From contig JAZQLP010000117.1 in assembly GCA_045542755.1 (NCBI GenBank), positions 9,160 to 73,159 on the forward strand: DNA of 64,000 nt, in the 5' to 3' direction. The translations under genes were made by a program, and so were the position numbers. Below are positions 45,437 to 55,203 of the stretch, one piece after another (position 1 is the stretch's first letter; every line of letters begins with the position of its first letter). The notes under the pieces are model-generated. The model was not told where the DNA came from and did no database searches. It saw only the letters and a program-made list of their open reading frames with translations. The DNA comes from Eubacteriales bacterium. Lineage in GTDB: Bacteria; Bacillota; Clostridia; Oscillospirales; UBA644.

Positions 45437-45626
45437 CGATATATGCCGATTGATGGCGAAAATTCTCTCTTTTTGCGACGGACTGTATAAAAAACTCTCC
45501 ACGGGGACTTGATTTTTCCTGTTAAATGGTTTATAATGGAAGTGATAGATTATGAAAACTTTCAATTTATTCTCCGATATTCTTCGGGGATAGAATCGGA
45601 ATTTTATTTCCGGAAGCGAGGACCCA

Positions 45627-46823
45627 ATGGAAAACAAGGTTGATATTATCGAAAAATTTATAGATATTTACGGCGGAACCCCAGAAGGACTTCGCCATTT
45701 TATCTCTCCCGGCAGAGTAAACCTTATCGGAGAGCATACCGACTATAACGGCGGATTCGTTTTTCCTGCCGCCATATCCCAAAGCTCCGAGATAATCCTC
45801 CGCCGAACCGACGACGGCAAGATAAAGCTGGCCGCCACCGACCTTCCCGACCGTCCCGTCCTTGAAATAGACAAGCTTGACTCTTACAAGGACCTCAAAT
45901 GGGGCAATTATCAGGCGGGTGTAGCCTACGTTCTTCAGCAAGAGGGCTACAAAATACCCTCCTGTGAGATACTCTACCACGACGGAGTTCCTCTGGGGGC
46001 GGGCCTTTCGTCATCTGCGGCCATTGAGGTGGTTATGGCGCTGGCTATTGCAACCCTTTCAAACGAGGACAAGGGTATAACCGAGCCCGTTGATATGGTT
46101 GAAATGGCAAAGCTTTCCCAAAAGGCCGAAAATATATATTGCGGTGTAAGCTGCGGCATTATGGACCAGTTTGCCTCCGCCATGGGAAAAGAGGGACACG
46201 CAATCTTCCTTGACTGCCGCGACCTGTCCTACAAGTACGTTCCCCTGGACCTTAACGGCTATAAGATAGTAATAGCAAACACCAATAAAAAGCGTTCCCT
46301 TGCCGAAAGCAAGTACAACGAGAGATGCAGAGAATGCTCCGAAGCCCTTAATCAGCTCAAGACCGTATATCCTGAGGCCGAATGCTTGAGAGACGTGTCT
46401 GTTGAGATGTTTGAAGAGGCAAAAGAGGTTATTGCCGACCCCTTCTGCAGAAGAAGGGCAGAGCACGTTATATACGAATGTGACAGAGTGCTAAAGAGTG
46501 TCAAGGCTCTTTACGAGGGTGACCTTGAGGCCTTTGGCAGACTTATGACCGCATCTCACATATCCCTCCGTGACCTTTACGAGGTTACCGGCGAGCATCT
46601 TGACGCCATGGTAGAGGAATCCCTTAAAATAGAGGGCTGTATCGGCTCCCGAATGACGGGCGCGGGCTTTGGCGGCTGTACAGTATCCATAGTAAGAGAA
46701 GCCAATATAGAAAAATTCGTGGAAGAAGTAGGCCGCGCTTATATTGCAAGAACAGGCCTTATCCCCGCCTTTTACGTGTCAGAAGCGGGTCAGGGCGGCC
46801 ACGAAATCCCCGAAAAGGGCTGA
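45627..46823 (+). CDS. galK: Galactokinase
   Basis: Galactokinase signature GRVNLIGEHTDYNGG and the GHMP motif PLGAGLSSSAA. Confidence 0.95.
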   Translation: MENKVDIIEKFIDIYGGTPEGLRHFISPGRVNLIGEHTDYNGGFVFPAAISQSSEIILRRTDDGKIKLAATDLPDRPVLEIDKLDSYKDLKWGNYQAGVAYVLQQEGYKIPSCEILYHDGVPLGAGLSSSAAIEVVMALAIATLSNEDKGITEPVDMVEMAKLSQKAENIYCGVSCGIMDQFASAMGKEGHAIFLDCRDLSYKYVPLDLNGYKIVIANTNKKRSLAESKYNERCRECSEALNQLKTVYPEAECLRDVSVEMFEEAKEVIADPFCRRRAEHVIYECDRVLKSVKALYEGDLEAFGRLMTASHISLRDLYEVTGEHLDAMVEESLKIEGCIGSRMTGAGFGGCTVSIVREANIEKFVEEVGRAYIARTGLIPAFYVSEAGQGGHEIPEKG

Positions 46824-46858
46824 TTTACGCAAGTTTTATCGAACTTTTTATTAAATAC

Positions 46859-46887
46859 TTGACAACCGGCGGCTTTGATGTTATAAT
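46859..46887 (+). promoter_or_regulatory. Promoter of yceD-rpmF
   Basis: TTGACA, a 17-nt spacer and TATAAT, all exact consensus. Confidence 0.6.
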
Positions 46888-46929
46888 TGTTTGTAGCTGC
46901 ATTTTAGACACACACGAGAGGAAAAAGTT

Positions 46930-47370
46930 ATGGTTTTTGACGGCAGATATCTTGACCTTGTGACTGTTTTCAAGAGTAGCGGCGCGCGGTTCCCTATAGA
47001 CCGCAAGCTGGACCTGTCGCCTCTCGATCCTGCCTTTGGCATTGCCGAAATAAGCGGCGAGTTTGCGAACATTAACGGCTACGTTACGGCGAAGTTCACC
47101 TTCTCCGGAATGTTTCGCTCTGTATGCGACCGCTGTCTTGACCCCGTGGCTCTCCCCCTTACGGCGGAGATAGACACGACCCTGGACATGAAAGAGGCAA
47201 AGGACGATTCCATAACCATAGAAAACGGCAAGGCGGACCTTTTAAAAACGACCTATGACGCTTTGCTGCTGGCAATACCCTCAAAGGTACTGTGCAAAGA
47301 GTCGTGCAAAGGTCTGTGTTATATATGCGGAACAAACTTAAACATTAAGCAATGTGACTGCAACAATTAA
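46930..47370 (+). CDS. yceD: DUF177 (YceD) protein
   Basis: Contains CDRCL...C...C..CG cysteine motifs. It sits immediately upstream of rpmF, a conserved pairing. Confidence 0.8.
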   Translation: MVFDGRYLDLVTVFKSSGARFPIDRKLDLSPLDPAFGIAEISGEFANINGYVTAKFTFSGMFRSVCDRCLDPVALPLTAEIDTTLDMKEAKDDSITIENGKADLLKTTYDALLLAIPSKVLCKESCKGLCYICGTNLNIKQCDCNN

Positions 47371-47386
47371 CAGGAGGTGCTGAAAA

Positions 47387-47596
47387 ATGGGTGCTATAGC
47401 TCCTAAGAGAAGAATTTCCAAACAGAGAAAGCATTTGAGACGTTCCAGCGTATGGAAGCTCGAAATGCCCGGCATGGTAAAGTGCTCCAACTGTGGTGAG
47501 TATGTTCTCTCTCACAGAGTATGTAAGGCCTGCGGTTATTACGACGGCAAAAAGGTCCTCAACATCAAAGAGAAGACTCAGCAGCAGGATGCGTAA
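47387..47596 (+). CDS. rpmF: 50S ribosomal protein L32 (zinc-ribbon form)
   Basis: PKRR.SK.R...RR near the N-terminus, then CSNCGE...HRVCKACG. Confidence 0.9.
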   Translation: MGAIAPKRRISKQRKHLRRSSVWKLEMPGMVKCSNCGEYVLSHRVCKACGYYDGKKVLNIKEKTQQQDA

Positions 47597-47718
47597 CCGT
47601 ACAAACATGAGTACATGATGAATGATGGAAGTGAATGGTGAATTTTTCGGTTCATTATTCGTCTGCCATCGTTCATTTTGCTTTAGGGCAAAAAATCTTT
47701 AAGAAAGGACCGTCGCGT

Positions 47719-49059
47719 ATGGCAAAGATACGTTCCGTCTCCCCCACCTGCGGACTTTACGGCAGGGTTAAAGAGGGCGACAAGCTTATATCTTTAAACG
47801 GTAAAAAAATAACCGACTGCTTTGATATGATGTATCATTTTGACGGTCTTTTCCTATCCCCTTGGGGAAGACCCGTATCAAAAAGGGTAAAGCTTACCGT
47901 TGAAAGAGACGGGGAGCTTTTAAGCATCAAAGGAAAAAGCGATAAGGGTGAATTGGGACTTGAGTTCGATACCTTCCTTATGGACGAGCCCCGTTCCTGC
48001 AAAAATAAATGTTGCTTCTGCTTTATAGACCAGCTTCCCGAAAACATGAGGAAGACCATGTACTATAAGGACGACGACTACAGACTGTCCATTATATACG
48101 GCAACTACGTCACCCTGACAAACGCTTCAAGAGAGGACATTGACAGAATAAAGGAACTTCACCTTTCCCCTCTCAACGTTTCGGTTCACGCAACCGACCC
48201 CGACCTTCGGGTAAGGATGATGAAAAACCCCAACGCAAAGAACATAATGCCTATTATGAGAGAGCTTGCAGATGCGGGCATACGCTTAAGAGCCCAGATA
48301 GTTCTCTGCAAGGGCATAAACGACGGGGAAAATCTTCTCCGTTCAATGGCGGATTTAAAATCTCTCTATCCCGCCATTTCCAGCGTATCGGTGGTTCCCG
48401 TAGGTCTTACAAAATACAGAGAAGGCCTTGAGCCTCTGGAACCTTTTACGGGAGAGGATTCCGAAAAGGTACTTGATATGATAGAAGCCTTTACGGATAA
48501 ATGTGTTGAGGAACTGGGCACAAGGCTCATATATCCCTCGGACGAATTTTTCCTTTCCGCAAATCGTCCCCTTCCCACGGCAGAATATTACGAAGACTTT
48601 GAGCAGATTGAAAACGGCGTGGGAATGTTGGCAAGATATAAAGAAAATCTCGATGAGCTCACAGAAGAGCTTGAAAAAGAGCCAATTAATAAGAATTTTT
48701 CCATGATAACGGGATATGCCGCCGCTCCCTTCTTTGAAAACACGGTGATCCCCGCCCTCAAAGAAAAGCTTGAGGGGCTGGAATGTAAAGTATATCCCAT
48801 AAAAAACGACTTTTTCGGCGAAAAAATAACCGTAGCGGGACTTATAACGGGCAGGGACGTAATAGCCCAGCTCAAGGGCAAGGACTTGGGCGATGCCCTC
48901 ATCATTCCCACCGTTATGCTCAGGGAGAACGCCTTCCTTGACGACGTTACGGTATCAGATATAGAATCGGAGCTGGGAGTAAAGGCTATCGTAAGCGGCC
49001 CCGAGCCCTGCGACCTCTACGAGGCGCTGACGGGCAAACCATCCCCCATTCAACAATAA
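47719..49059 (+). CDS. DUF512 protein (PDZ plus radical-SAM-like domain)
   Basis: An N-terminal PDZ-like segment, then CKNKCCFCFIDQ and the DUF512 C-terminus. It lies upstream of der, as is usual. The start is set at MAKIRSV, with AAGAAAGGA upstream. Confidence 0.75.
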   Translation: MAKIRSVSPTCGLYGRVKEGDKLISLNGKKITDCFDMMYHFDGLFLSPWGRPVSKRVKLTVERDGELLSIKGKSDKGELGLEFDTFLMDEPRSCKNKCCFCFIDQLPENMRKTMYYKDDDYRLSIIYGNYVTLTNASREDIDRIKELHLSPLNVSVHATDPDLRVRMMKNPNAKNIMPIMRELADAGIRLRAQIVLCKGINDGENLLRSMADLKSLYPAISSVSVVPVGLTKYREGLEPLEPFTGEDSEKVLDMIEAFTDKCVEELGTRLIYPSDEFFLSANRPLPTAEYYEDFEQIENGVGMLARYKENLDELTEELEKEPINKNFSMITGYAAAPFFENTVIPALKEKLEGLECKVYPIKNDFFGEKITVAGLITGRDVIAQLKGKDLGDALIIPTVMLRENAFLDDVTVSDIESELGVKAIVSGPEPCDLYEALTGKPSPIQQ

Positions 49060-49088
49060 CACCCTCCGAAGAAAGGAGATAGCATACA

Positions 49089-50414
49089 ATGAAACCCATA
49101 GTAGCAGTGGTTGGCCGCCCCAACGTGGGCAAATCCACCCTCTTTAATAAAATCACGGGACAGAAGCTTTCCATAGTGGAAGATACTCCCGGCGTTACCC
49201 GCGACAGAATATATTTTGACGTTGAGTGGCGTGGCAAGGCCTTTACCCTGGTAGACACCGGCGGTATTGAGCCCCGCGCAGACGACGTTATTCTGGAGCA
49301 GATGAGATTGCAGGCTCAGATAGCCATTGAAAAGGCCGACGTGGTACTGATGATAACCGACATCAAAATCGGTATGACCGCAGACGACGAGGCTGTAGCC
49401 CAGATGCTTCTCAAGGCGCAGAAGAAGGTTATCCTTTGCGTAAACAAGGTTGACAAGCCCGGTGATCCCCCTCCCGAGATATACGAGTTCTATAACCTCG
49501 GTCTGGGTGATCCCTATCCCGTATCTTCCGTTCACGGTCTTGGTATAGGCGAGCTTCTTGACGCCGTATACGACAATCTCAAGGATATTCCCGAAGTAGA
49601 GGAAGACGATACAGCCATCAAGGTAGCCGTTATAGGCAAGCCTAACGTAGGCAAGTCCTCCCTTATAAACCACATTCTCGGCGAAAACAGACTTCTCGTT
49701 TCCAATATTGCAGGCACCACCCGCGACGCCGTAGACACCTTTAAGGAAAACAAACACGGAAGATACGTCTTTATCGACACAGCAGGTATCAGAAAAAAGA
49801 GCAAGGTTGACGATGCTATCGAAAGATACTCCGTTCTTCGCTCCTATATGGCCGTTGACAGAGCCGACGTTGTCATTATGATGATTGACGCAAACACCGG
49901 CGTTACCGATCAGGATACCAAGATTGCGGGCTTTGCTCACGAAGAAGGCAAGGCGGTAATTATTGCCGTAAACAAGTGGGACGAGGTTGACAAGGACACC
50001 TATACCATAGCCTCCACCGAAGAAAATATTCGCCAAGAGCTTAAATATATGAGCTATGCTCCCATTATCACAATCTCCGCAAAAACGGGCCAGAGAGTTG
50101 AAAAGCTCTTTGAGATGATAAACTCAGTAGCAGAACAGCATTCAAGACGTATAACCACAGGCGTGCTTAACGACGTTCTTGCAAACGCCGTTATAAAGGT
50201 ACAGCCCCCCACGGACAAGGGTAAGCGCCTCAAGCTCTACTACATGACTCAGGTAGCCACCAAGCCCCCCACGTTCGTTATATTCGTAAACGACCTGGAG
50301 CTTTTCCACTTCTCTTATCAGAGATATATCGAAAATCAGATCCGCGAAACCTTCGGTCTTGACGGAACTCCCATCAGAATACTTCCCCGTCTGAAAAAGA
50401 AAGAGGACAAGTAA
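49089..50414 (+). CDS. der: Ribosome biogenesis GTPase Der (EngA)
   Basis: Two G domains (GRPNVGKST and GKPNVGKSS) plus a KH-like C-terminus. Confidence 0.95.
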   Translation: MKPIVAVVGRPNVGKSTLFNKITGQKLSIVEDTPGVTRDRIYFDVEWRGKAFTLVDTGGIEPRADDVILEQMRLQAQIAIEKADVVLMITDIKIGMTADDEAVAQMLLKAQKKVILCVNKVDKPGDPPPEIYEFYNLGLGDPYPVSSVHGLGIGELLDAVYDNLKDIPEVEEDDTAIKVAVIGKPNVGKSSLINHILGENRLLVSNIAGTTRDAVDTFKENKHGRYVFIDTAGIRKKSKVDDAIERYSVLRSYMAVDRADVVIMMIDANTGVTDQDTKIAGFAHEEGKAVIIAVNKWDEVDKDTYTIASTEENIRQELKYMSYAPIITISAKTGQRVEKLFEMINSVAEQHSRRITTGVLNDVLANAVIKVQPPTDKGKRLKLYYMTQVATKPPTFVIFVNDLELFHFSYQRYIENQIRETFGLDGTPIRILPRLKKKEDK

Positions 50415-50429
50415 TTTCGGAGGATAAAT

Positions 50430-51080
50430 ATGACTTTTATCAGATTTTTGTTCCCTGCCGTATTCGGTTATCTTATTGGCAGTATCAACCTGTCCCTTAT
50501 AATATCCAAGTACGTGGGGAAATTTGATATCACAAAGAGGGGCTCGGGTAATGCCGGCGGAACCAACGTGGTAAGAACCATGGGATTCAAGTGGGGCGCG
50601 GCTACCATTCTTCTGGAAGTGGTAAAGTATATTGCCACAGGTCTTATAGCCCAGCACGTATTCCCCACCTACCTTTTGGGGAATCTTGGAGAACTTGAAC
50701 CCCAGATAGTGGGCCTTTATACAATGCTTTTCTGTATGATAGGTAACGTTCTTCCCGTATTCTGCCATTTTAAGGGCGGAAAGGGCGTTTCCTCAATCGC
50801 GGCGATGATCCTTCTCTTTGACTGGAGAATAGCCCTCATTTGCTACGCGGTATTCGCGGCAATTCTCTTTATCTCCCATACCGTATCCCTTGGCTCTATC
50901 CTGGCTTCCCTTACCGGCGCCATACTTACCTGCATCTTCTATGCCCCCCGTCCCTATTGGTGGGTTGCTGCAATCCTGGTAGCGGCCATGGTTGCTATAG
51001 TGTGGATAAGACATATTGCCAACATAAAAAGGCTCCTTACGGGTACTGAAAACAAATTCAATTTCGGCAAAAAGAAATAA
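50430..51080 (+). CDS. plsY: Glycerol-3-phosphate acyltransferase PlsY
   Basis: Contains the GSGNAGGTNV and F.GGKGV motifs and is a multi-TM protein. Confidence 0.9.
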   Translation: MTFIRFLFPAVFGYLIGSINLSLIISKYVGKFDITKRGSGNAGGTNVVRTMGFKWGAATILLEVVKYIATGLIAQHVFPTYLLGNLGELEPQIVGLYTMLFCMIGNVLPVFCHFKGGKGVSSIAAMILLFDWRIALICYAVFAAILFISHTVSLGSILASLTGAILTCIFYAPRPYWWVAAILVAAMVAIVWIRHIANIKRLLTGTENKFNFGKKK

Positions 51081-51128
51081 CCGCCGAATATAACAAGCCC
51101 TCCTCAAATATATTTTAGTAAAATATGT

Positions 51129-51785
51129 TTGGGGAGGGTGTTTTTTTTGCTTGCTTCTACCTCAAAGGAGGCCTTTTCCGACCTTCTTTTCAAGGACGGC
51201 AGACCCATTCTGGAAATACGCATAGAATATCCCGTTGCGCAAGGTCAGGTGACGGAAAATTTTGAAAGGACTTTTAACATATATTACGAGAGGGATGCCC
51301 GACTCCTTAATCTCTCGGCAAGGACGAATATCCACCGAGATGCGCTGACAAGATACACAAACTCAAAAAAAGAGGGCTTACCCTTCAATATGTACTCGGT
51401 GGTTCAGGAATTTCAGACAACCTTCGTTTCGGAAGACTACCTATCTCTTTGCAGGCGACGGCAGACCTATACGGGCGGCGCCCACGGCAAAACGGAAATG
51501 AAGAGCGACGTTTGGTCACTCTCTTCCGCCCGAAGGCTCACCCTTCAAGAGGTGGCAAAGGAACGCGACTCTGTAAAAATTGCAATAAAGGCGGTTCAGA
51601 AGGCCATATACAGTGACGGAAGCGGCAGATTTTACCCCCATGCGATACAGGCAGCCGAAAAGGCCTTTGACCCACGAAATTTTTATCTTACAGAAAAGGG
51701 CATATCCGTTTTTTATCCTATCTACACCCTTGCACCCCACTATGCGGGCATACAGGTGTTTGAAACGGGGTTGACTGCAAAATAA
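51129..51785 (+). CDS. DUF3298/DUF4163-like protein
   Basis: The YTGGAHG motif is typical of DUF3298. The start is uncertain: non-ATG options exist at 51129, 51138 and 51147, and TTG at 51147 has GGAGGG 9 nt upstream. Confidence 0.6.
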   Translation: MGRVFFLLASTSKEAFSDLLFKDGRPILEIRIEYPVAQGQVTENFERTFNIYYERDARLLNLSARTNIHRDALTRYTNSKKEGLPFNMYSVVQEFQTTFVSEDYLSLCRRRQTYTGGAHGKTEMKSDVWSLSSARRLTLQEVAKERDSVKIAIKAVQKAIYSDGSGRFYPHAIQAAEKAFDPRNFYLTEKGISVFYPIYTLAPHYAGIQVFETGLTAK

Positions 51786-51843
51786 CGAAAGAGAGAAAAA
51801 CTTCGCCTTCTCCCTCCTGGTTCGAATCCTCATATCCGCTGAT

Positions 51844-51883
51844 AAAAAAAGAAAACACCCTATCGTTGATAGGGTGTTTTCTT
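51844..51883. terminator. Bidirectional terminator shared by the DUF3298 gene and tRNA-Gln
   Basis: 12-bp stem gaaaacacccta/tagggtgttttc flanked by an A7 run and T-rich sequence. Confidence 0.8.
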
Positions 51884-51957
51884 TGGCAGCGGAATAGGGA
51901 TTCGAACCCCAACAAACAGAGTCAGAGTCTGCCGTGCTACCGTTACACAATTCCGCT
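51884..51957 (-). tRNA. tRNA-Gln (anticodon CTG), CCA encoded
   Basis: Folded by hand: acceptor agcggaa/ttccgct, D-stem gtgt/gcac, anticodon stem gcaga/tctgt with loop cTCTGAc, T-loop TTCGAAT. Confidence 0.9.
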
Positions 51958-52044
51958 ATGTAACTCTTCAATCGCTCATGCCGTCCGCTTCTAAGAACGG
52001 AAGTTAGGATACCTCCCGACTTCGCTGACCGAAGTTACTCAAAT

Positions 52045-52073
52045 ATTATACACAATTTATTTCCTTTTGTCAA
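52045..52073 (-). promoter_or_regulatory. Promoter upstream of tRNA-Gln
   Basis: On the minus strand, TTGACA, a 17-nt spacer and TATAAT, all exact consensus, ~88 nt upstream of the mature tRNA 5' end. Confidence 0.6.
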
Positions 52074-52173
52074 TAGCAGATTTATACAAATTTGTGACTT
52101 TTAAGAAACAAATTCTTTAGTCATAATTATTCTCTTAAGAGAAAGGTTAAAAGCCTTGTTTTCAAACAAATAT

Positions 52174-52197
52174 CTCCACCGAGAAACCTCGGTGGAG
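52174..52197 (-). terminator. Terminator after the znu operon
   Basis: Stem ctccaccgag/ctcggtggag followed by T-rich sequence on the minus strand. Confidence 0.7.
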
Positions 52198-52209
52198 TAG
52201 GGATAAATG

Positions 52210-53046
52210 TTATCTTTTTAGTATCTTACCCACAAGGGAGAAGAGAACAAACGCCACTATATTTACTGCTACCACGGTAGAGCCCACGGGGGTATCTGCC
52301 AGAATTGAGATAATTATTCCGCTACCTGCGGCAAAAACGGAGATTACGGCAGAGCAAACGGTTACGGAAAGGAATGTCTTGAACACCCTCATTGCCGAAA
52401 GTGCGGGGAATATTACAAGTGCAGATATAAGCAGAGAGCCCACGAGATTCATAGCCAGAACAACGATTACGGCAATAACTATGGCAATAAGAAGATTATA
52501 CGCCCCCGCCTTGGTACCCGTAGCTCTTGCAAAATTCTCGTCAAAGGTCACGGCAAATATTCTGTTATAGAAAATAACGAACACCCCTATAACAGCCACA
52601 GAAAGGACGGAGCAAAGTATAACGTCGGTCTTTGTAAGGGTAAGTATGGACTGAGAACCAAAGAGGGTACCGCAAACGTCACCCGAGATGTTTGCCGAGG
52701 TAGGGAAAATATTCATAAGCAAATAGCCTATTGCCAGAGCCCCCACAGACATTACGGCTATGGAGGCATCCCCCCTGATTTTCGAGTTCTGTCCCGTTCT
52801 CAAAAGAAGAACGGCGCAAACCACCGTAACGGGAAGAACCACTGCCGTGGTGTTGGTCAGCCCCAGAACAGCCGCAACGGCCAGAGCACCGAATGCCACG
52901 TGGGAAAGGCCGTCGCCTATAAATGAAAACCTCTTAAGCACCAGCGTTACCCCAAGAAGAGAGGAGCAAAGGGCTATGAGAACGCCCACGATGAGAGCGT
53001 ATCTGACAAAGGGGAACTCAAAATAAAGAGCCAACTTTTCAACCAT
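52210..53046 (-). CDS. znuB: Metal (Zn/Mn) ABC transporter permease
   Basis: Multi-TM ABC-3 family sequence. The ATG at 53046 overlaps the ATPase stop by 8 nt. Confidence 0.8.
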   Translation of the reverse strand: MVEKLALYFEFPFVRYALIVGVLIALCSSLLGVTLVLKRFSFIGDGLSHVAFGALAVAAVLGLTNTTAVVLPVTVVCAVLLLRTGQNSKIRGDASIAVMSVGALAIGYLLMNIFPTSANISGDVCGTLFGSQSILTLTKTDVILCSVLSVAVIGVFVIFYNRIFAVTFDENFARATGTKAGAYNLLIAIVIAVIVVLAMNLVGSLLISALVIFPALSAMRVFKTFLSVTVCSAVISVFAAGSGIIISILADTPVGSTVVAVNIVAFVLFSLVGKILKR

Positions 53047-53758
53047 TTGAACAGCCCTCCTCTTTACATATCCCGTGGAATATCCGTCCAACGTCACTGT
53101 GAATATAATCTCTGGTGGTTCCGAAGAAAGAGGGAGAACCTATATGGAGAATGTGGGATGCGTTTTTGACCGCGGCGGCAATATCGTGGGAAACCATTAC
53201 GATTGTAGTTCCTGCCTTGTTAAGGTCGGCTATTACCTGATACATTTCCGCCGTGGCCTTAGGGTCAAGACCCGCCACTGGCTCGTCCAGGAGAAGCATT
53301 TTTGAAGTGGCACAGAGGGCTCTTGCCAAAAGTGCGCGCTGCTGCTGTCCGCCCGAAAGGTCACGGTAGCATCTCCCCGCAAGGTGGGAAATACCCAACT
53401 TTTCCATATTTTCGGCGGCTATCTGCCTTTCCTTTTTGCCATAGAAGGGCTTATTTTTGCAAAGAGGCAGACATCCGGAAAGGACTATTTCCCTTACGGA
53501 TGCGGGAAAATCCTTCTGTATCTCGGTCTGTTGGGGCAGATATCCTATCTCATCGGTGCGAAGGCCGTCACCCGTTTCAATAGTGCCGCTGAGGGGCTGT
53601 CTGAGGTGGAGCAAGGCCTTCATAAGGGTGGTCTTGCCCGAGCCGTTCTCCCCTACTATACAAAGATAATCTCCCTTGTTTACCTTAAAATTTATATCCT
53701 TTACCACCGTTTTTCCCTCGTAGCCGAGAGAAAGGTCGGTACATATAAGCTGTGGCAT
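53039..53758 (-). CDS. znuC: Metal ABC transporter ATP-binding protein
   Basis: Walker A GENGSGKTT, signature LSGGQQQR, Walker B LLLDEP. Confidence 0.85.
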   Translation of the reverse strand: MPQLICTDLSLGYEGKTVVKDINFKVNKGDYLCIVGENGSGKTTLMKALLHLRQPLSGTIETGDGLRTDEIGYLPQQTEIQKDFPASVREIVLSGCLPLCKNKPFYGKKERQIAAENMEKLGISHLAGRCYRDLSGGQQQRALLARALCATSKMLLLDEPVAGLDPKATAEMYQVIADLNKAGTTIVMVSHDIAAAVKNASHILHIGSPSFFGTTRDYIHSDVGRIFHGICKEEGCSNG

Positions 53759-53770
53759 AAAAAATCCTTT

Positions 53771-54760
53771 CTAATTAAGTGCTTCTTTGAGGAACACGAT
53801 ATTGTCCTCCATAATGGCCAAATAGGTGACGCCCTGCTCCGCTTCTTTATAATATACGGATTGCATGGAGTTAAGGGGTCTGACCTTAAGATGTGTGGCT
53901 GTAGAGGCCAGCATAACCGCATCGGCCACGTTGCCGTCGGTCTTTTCTGTGGTGAGAAGCACCTCTATCCCCAGCTCGTCCACCTTTGAGGCAAGGGTTA
54001 TTATAGTATCAAAGCTTGCGTCGGTTTCGGAAGAACAACCCTCAAAAGCGGCGTAATATTCTATTCCGTAATCCCTCATAAGATAAGCAAAGGGGAATCT
54101 GTCGGCAAAGACCAAAGCCTTTTTGGAGGCAGTCTCCACAAGACTCTCAATATATCGGTCAAGGGCGTCAAGTTTTGCTATATATTCCTCTTCGTTAAGA
54201 GAGTAAAGCACCTGATTTTCGGGGTCTATCTCCTTAATGGCTGAGGCTATCCTATCGCAGAAGAATGCGGCGTTTTTAAGAGAAAGCCATACGTGTTCGT
54301 CGTAGGCGGAGTGTTCCTCGCCCTCGTGATGATGCTGGGTAGAGATAAGGCTTTCCTTTATTTCGTCCATAAGACATATTACCCTGCGGTTGGGGTTTGG
54401 GGTGCTATCAACAGCATCGGTTATCCATTTGTCCGATTCCCCGCCCACGTATATAAGGAGGTCGCAGGTGGCTATATCCACCATATCCCCCGCCGTTGCC
54501 TGGTAGCTGTGAAGGTCGGTGCCGTTATCGTAAAGAAAGACCAAATCCACCTTAGTGGTACGTCCGCCGTAGAGAGAACCGAAGAGATTTTCGGCTCTGT
54601 CGGGGTCGATTTCTGAGGTAATACTCTTTACCCAATCGTAAACGGGAAATATGGTACAGACGATTTTTATAGAGTCGGTGTACTCCTTTTCCTTCTCACA
54701 CCCCACCGTTAAAGTAAAGAGTAAAAGGAAAACAAGGAGAATACTTAAAATCTTCTTCAT
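53771..54760 (-). CDS. znuA: Metal ABC transporter substrate-binding lipoprotein (cluster A-I, ZnuA/AdcA/TroA-like)
   Basis: Lipobox LTVGC. A His/Glu-rich loop (HHHEGEEHSAYDEH) is consistent with the zinc-specific subgroup. Confidence 0.75.
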   Translation of the reverse strand: MKKILSILLVFLLLFTLTVGCEKEKEYTDSIKIVCTIFPVYDWVKSITSEIDPDRAENLFGSLYGGRTTKVDLVFLYDNGTDLHSYQATAGDMVDIATCDLLIYVGGESDKWITDAVDSTPNPNRRVICLMDEIKESLISTQHHHEGEEHSAYDEHVWLSLKNAAFFCDRIASAIKEIDPENQVLYSLNEEEYIAKLDALDRYIESLVETASKKALVFADRFPFAYLMRDYGIEYYAAFEGCSSETDASFDTIITLASKVDELGIEVLLTTEKTDGNVADAVMLASTATHLKVRPLNSMQSVYYKEAEQGVTYLAIMEDNIVFLKEALN

Positions 54761-55161
54761 TACCCATCCGCCCCCTCTTTACATTCTTTGCAGATTCCGT
54801 ATATTACGGTTTTCGGTCTTATAATCTCAAAGCCGTCAAGGCTAAGGAGAGAGTTTGCCATACTGTCGGCCACGTCCTTATCCATGTGGGCGGTCTTGCC
54901 GCATTTTGTACAGGTAAGGTGAACCCTGTTTTTACAGCCCTCGCATTTGATATACTGATAATAGGCCTCGTTGCTCCCCTCTTTTACTGCGCGGCTTATA
55001 TACCCCTGCCGCTGAAGAAAGGCGAGGTTTCTGTATACGGCGCTAAGGCTTACCTCTGGCCTCATTTGACCCGCAATATCCCTTGCGGAAAAATGTCTGT
55101 CGTGGTGGGATTCGAGGAAAGATATAAGTTTTTTGCGCTGCTCTGTCATATACTGTGCCAT
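54760..55161 (-). CDS. zur: Fur-family metalloregulator, probably Zur
   Basis: Winged-helix N-terminus and C-terminal CxxC...CxxC pairs (CEGC...CTKC...CKEC). GGAGGAAA RBS upstream. It is the first gene of the znu operon. Confidence 0.75.
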   Translation of the reverse strand: MAQYMTEQRKKLISFLESHHDRHFSARDIAGQMRPEVSLSAVYRNLAFLQRQGYISRAVKEGSNEAYYQYIKCEGCKNRVHLTCTKCGKTAHMDKDVADSMANSLLSLDGFEIIRPKTVIYGICKECKEGADG

Positions 55162-55180
55162 GGATTTCCTCCAAAAGGTC

Positions 55181-55203
55181 AATTTGCGATTCATTCGCAA
55201 ATT
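55181..55203. promoter_or_regulatory. Palindromic Fur/Zur-box-like operator overlapping the zur-znu promoter
   Basis: Perfect 9-5-9 inverted repeat AATTTGCGA-N5-TCGCAAATT, abutting the minus-strand TATAAT at 55201-55206. Confidence 0.7.

Noticed and set aside
49050-50036. 328-aa ORF antisense to der
   Set aside because: der has two perfect G domains on the plus strand. The antisense product is Gly/Val/Asn-rich nonsense.
51125-51150. T8 homopolymer near the start of the DUF3298-like gene; removing one T would place an upstream ATG (51125) in frame (possible phase variation or frameshift)
   Set aside because: The ATG at 51125 has no RBS, whereas the in-frame TTG at 51147 has GGAGGG 9 nt upstream. 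The present reading needs no frameshift.
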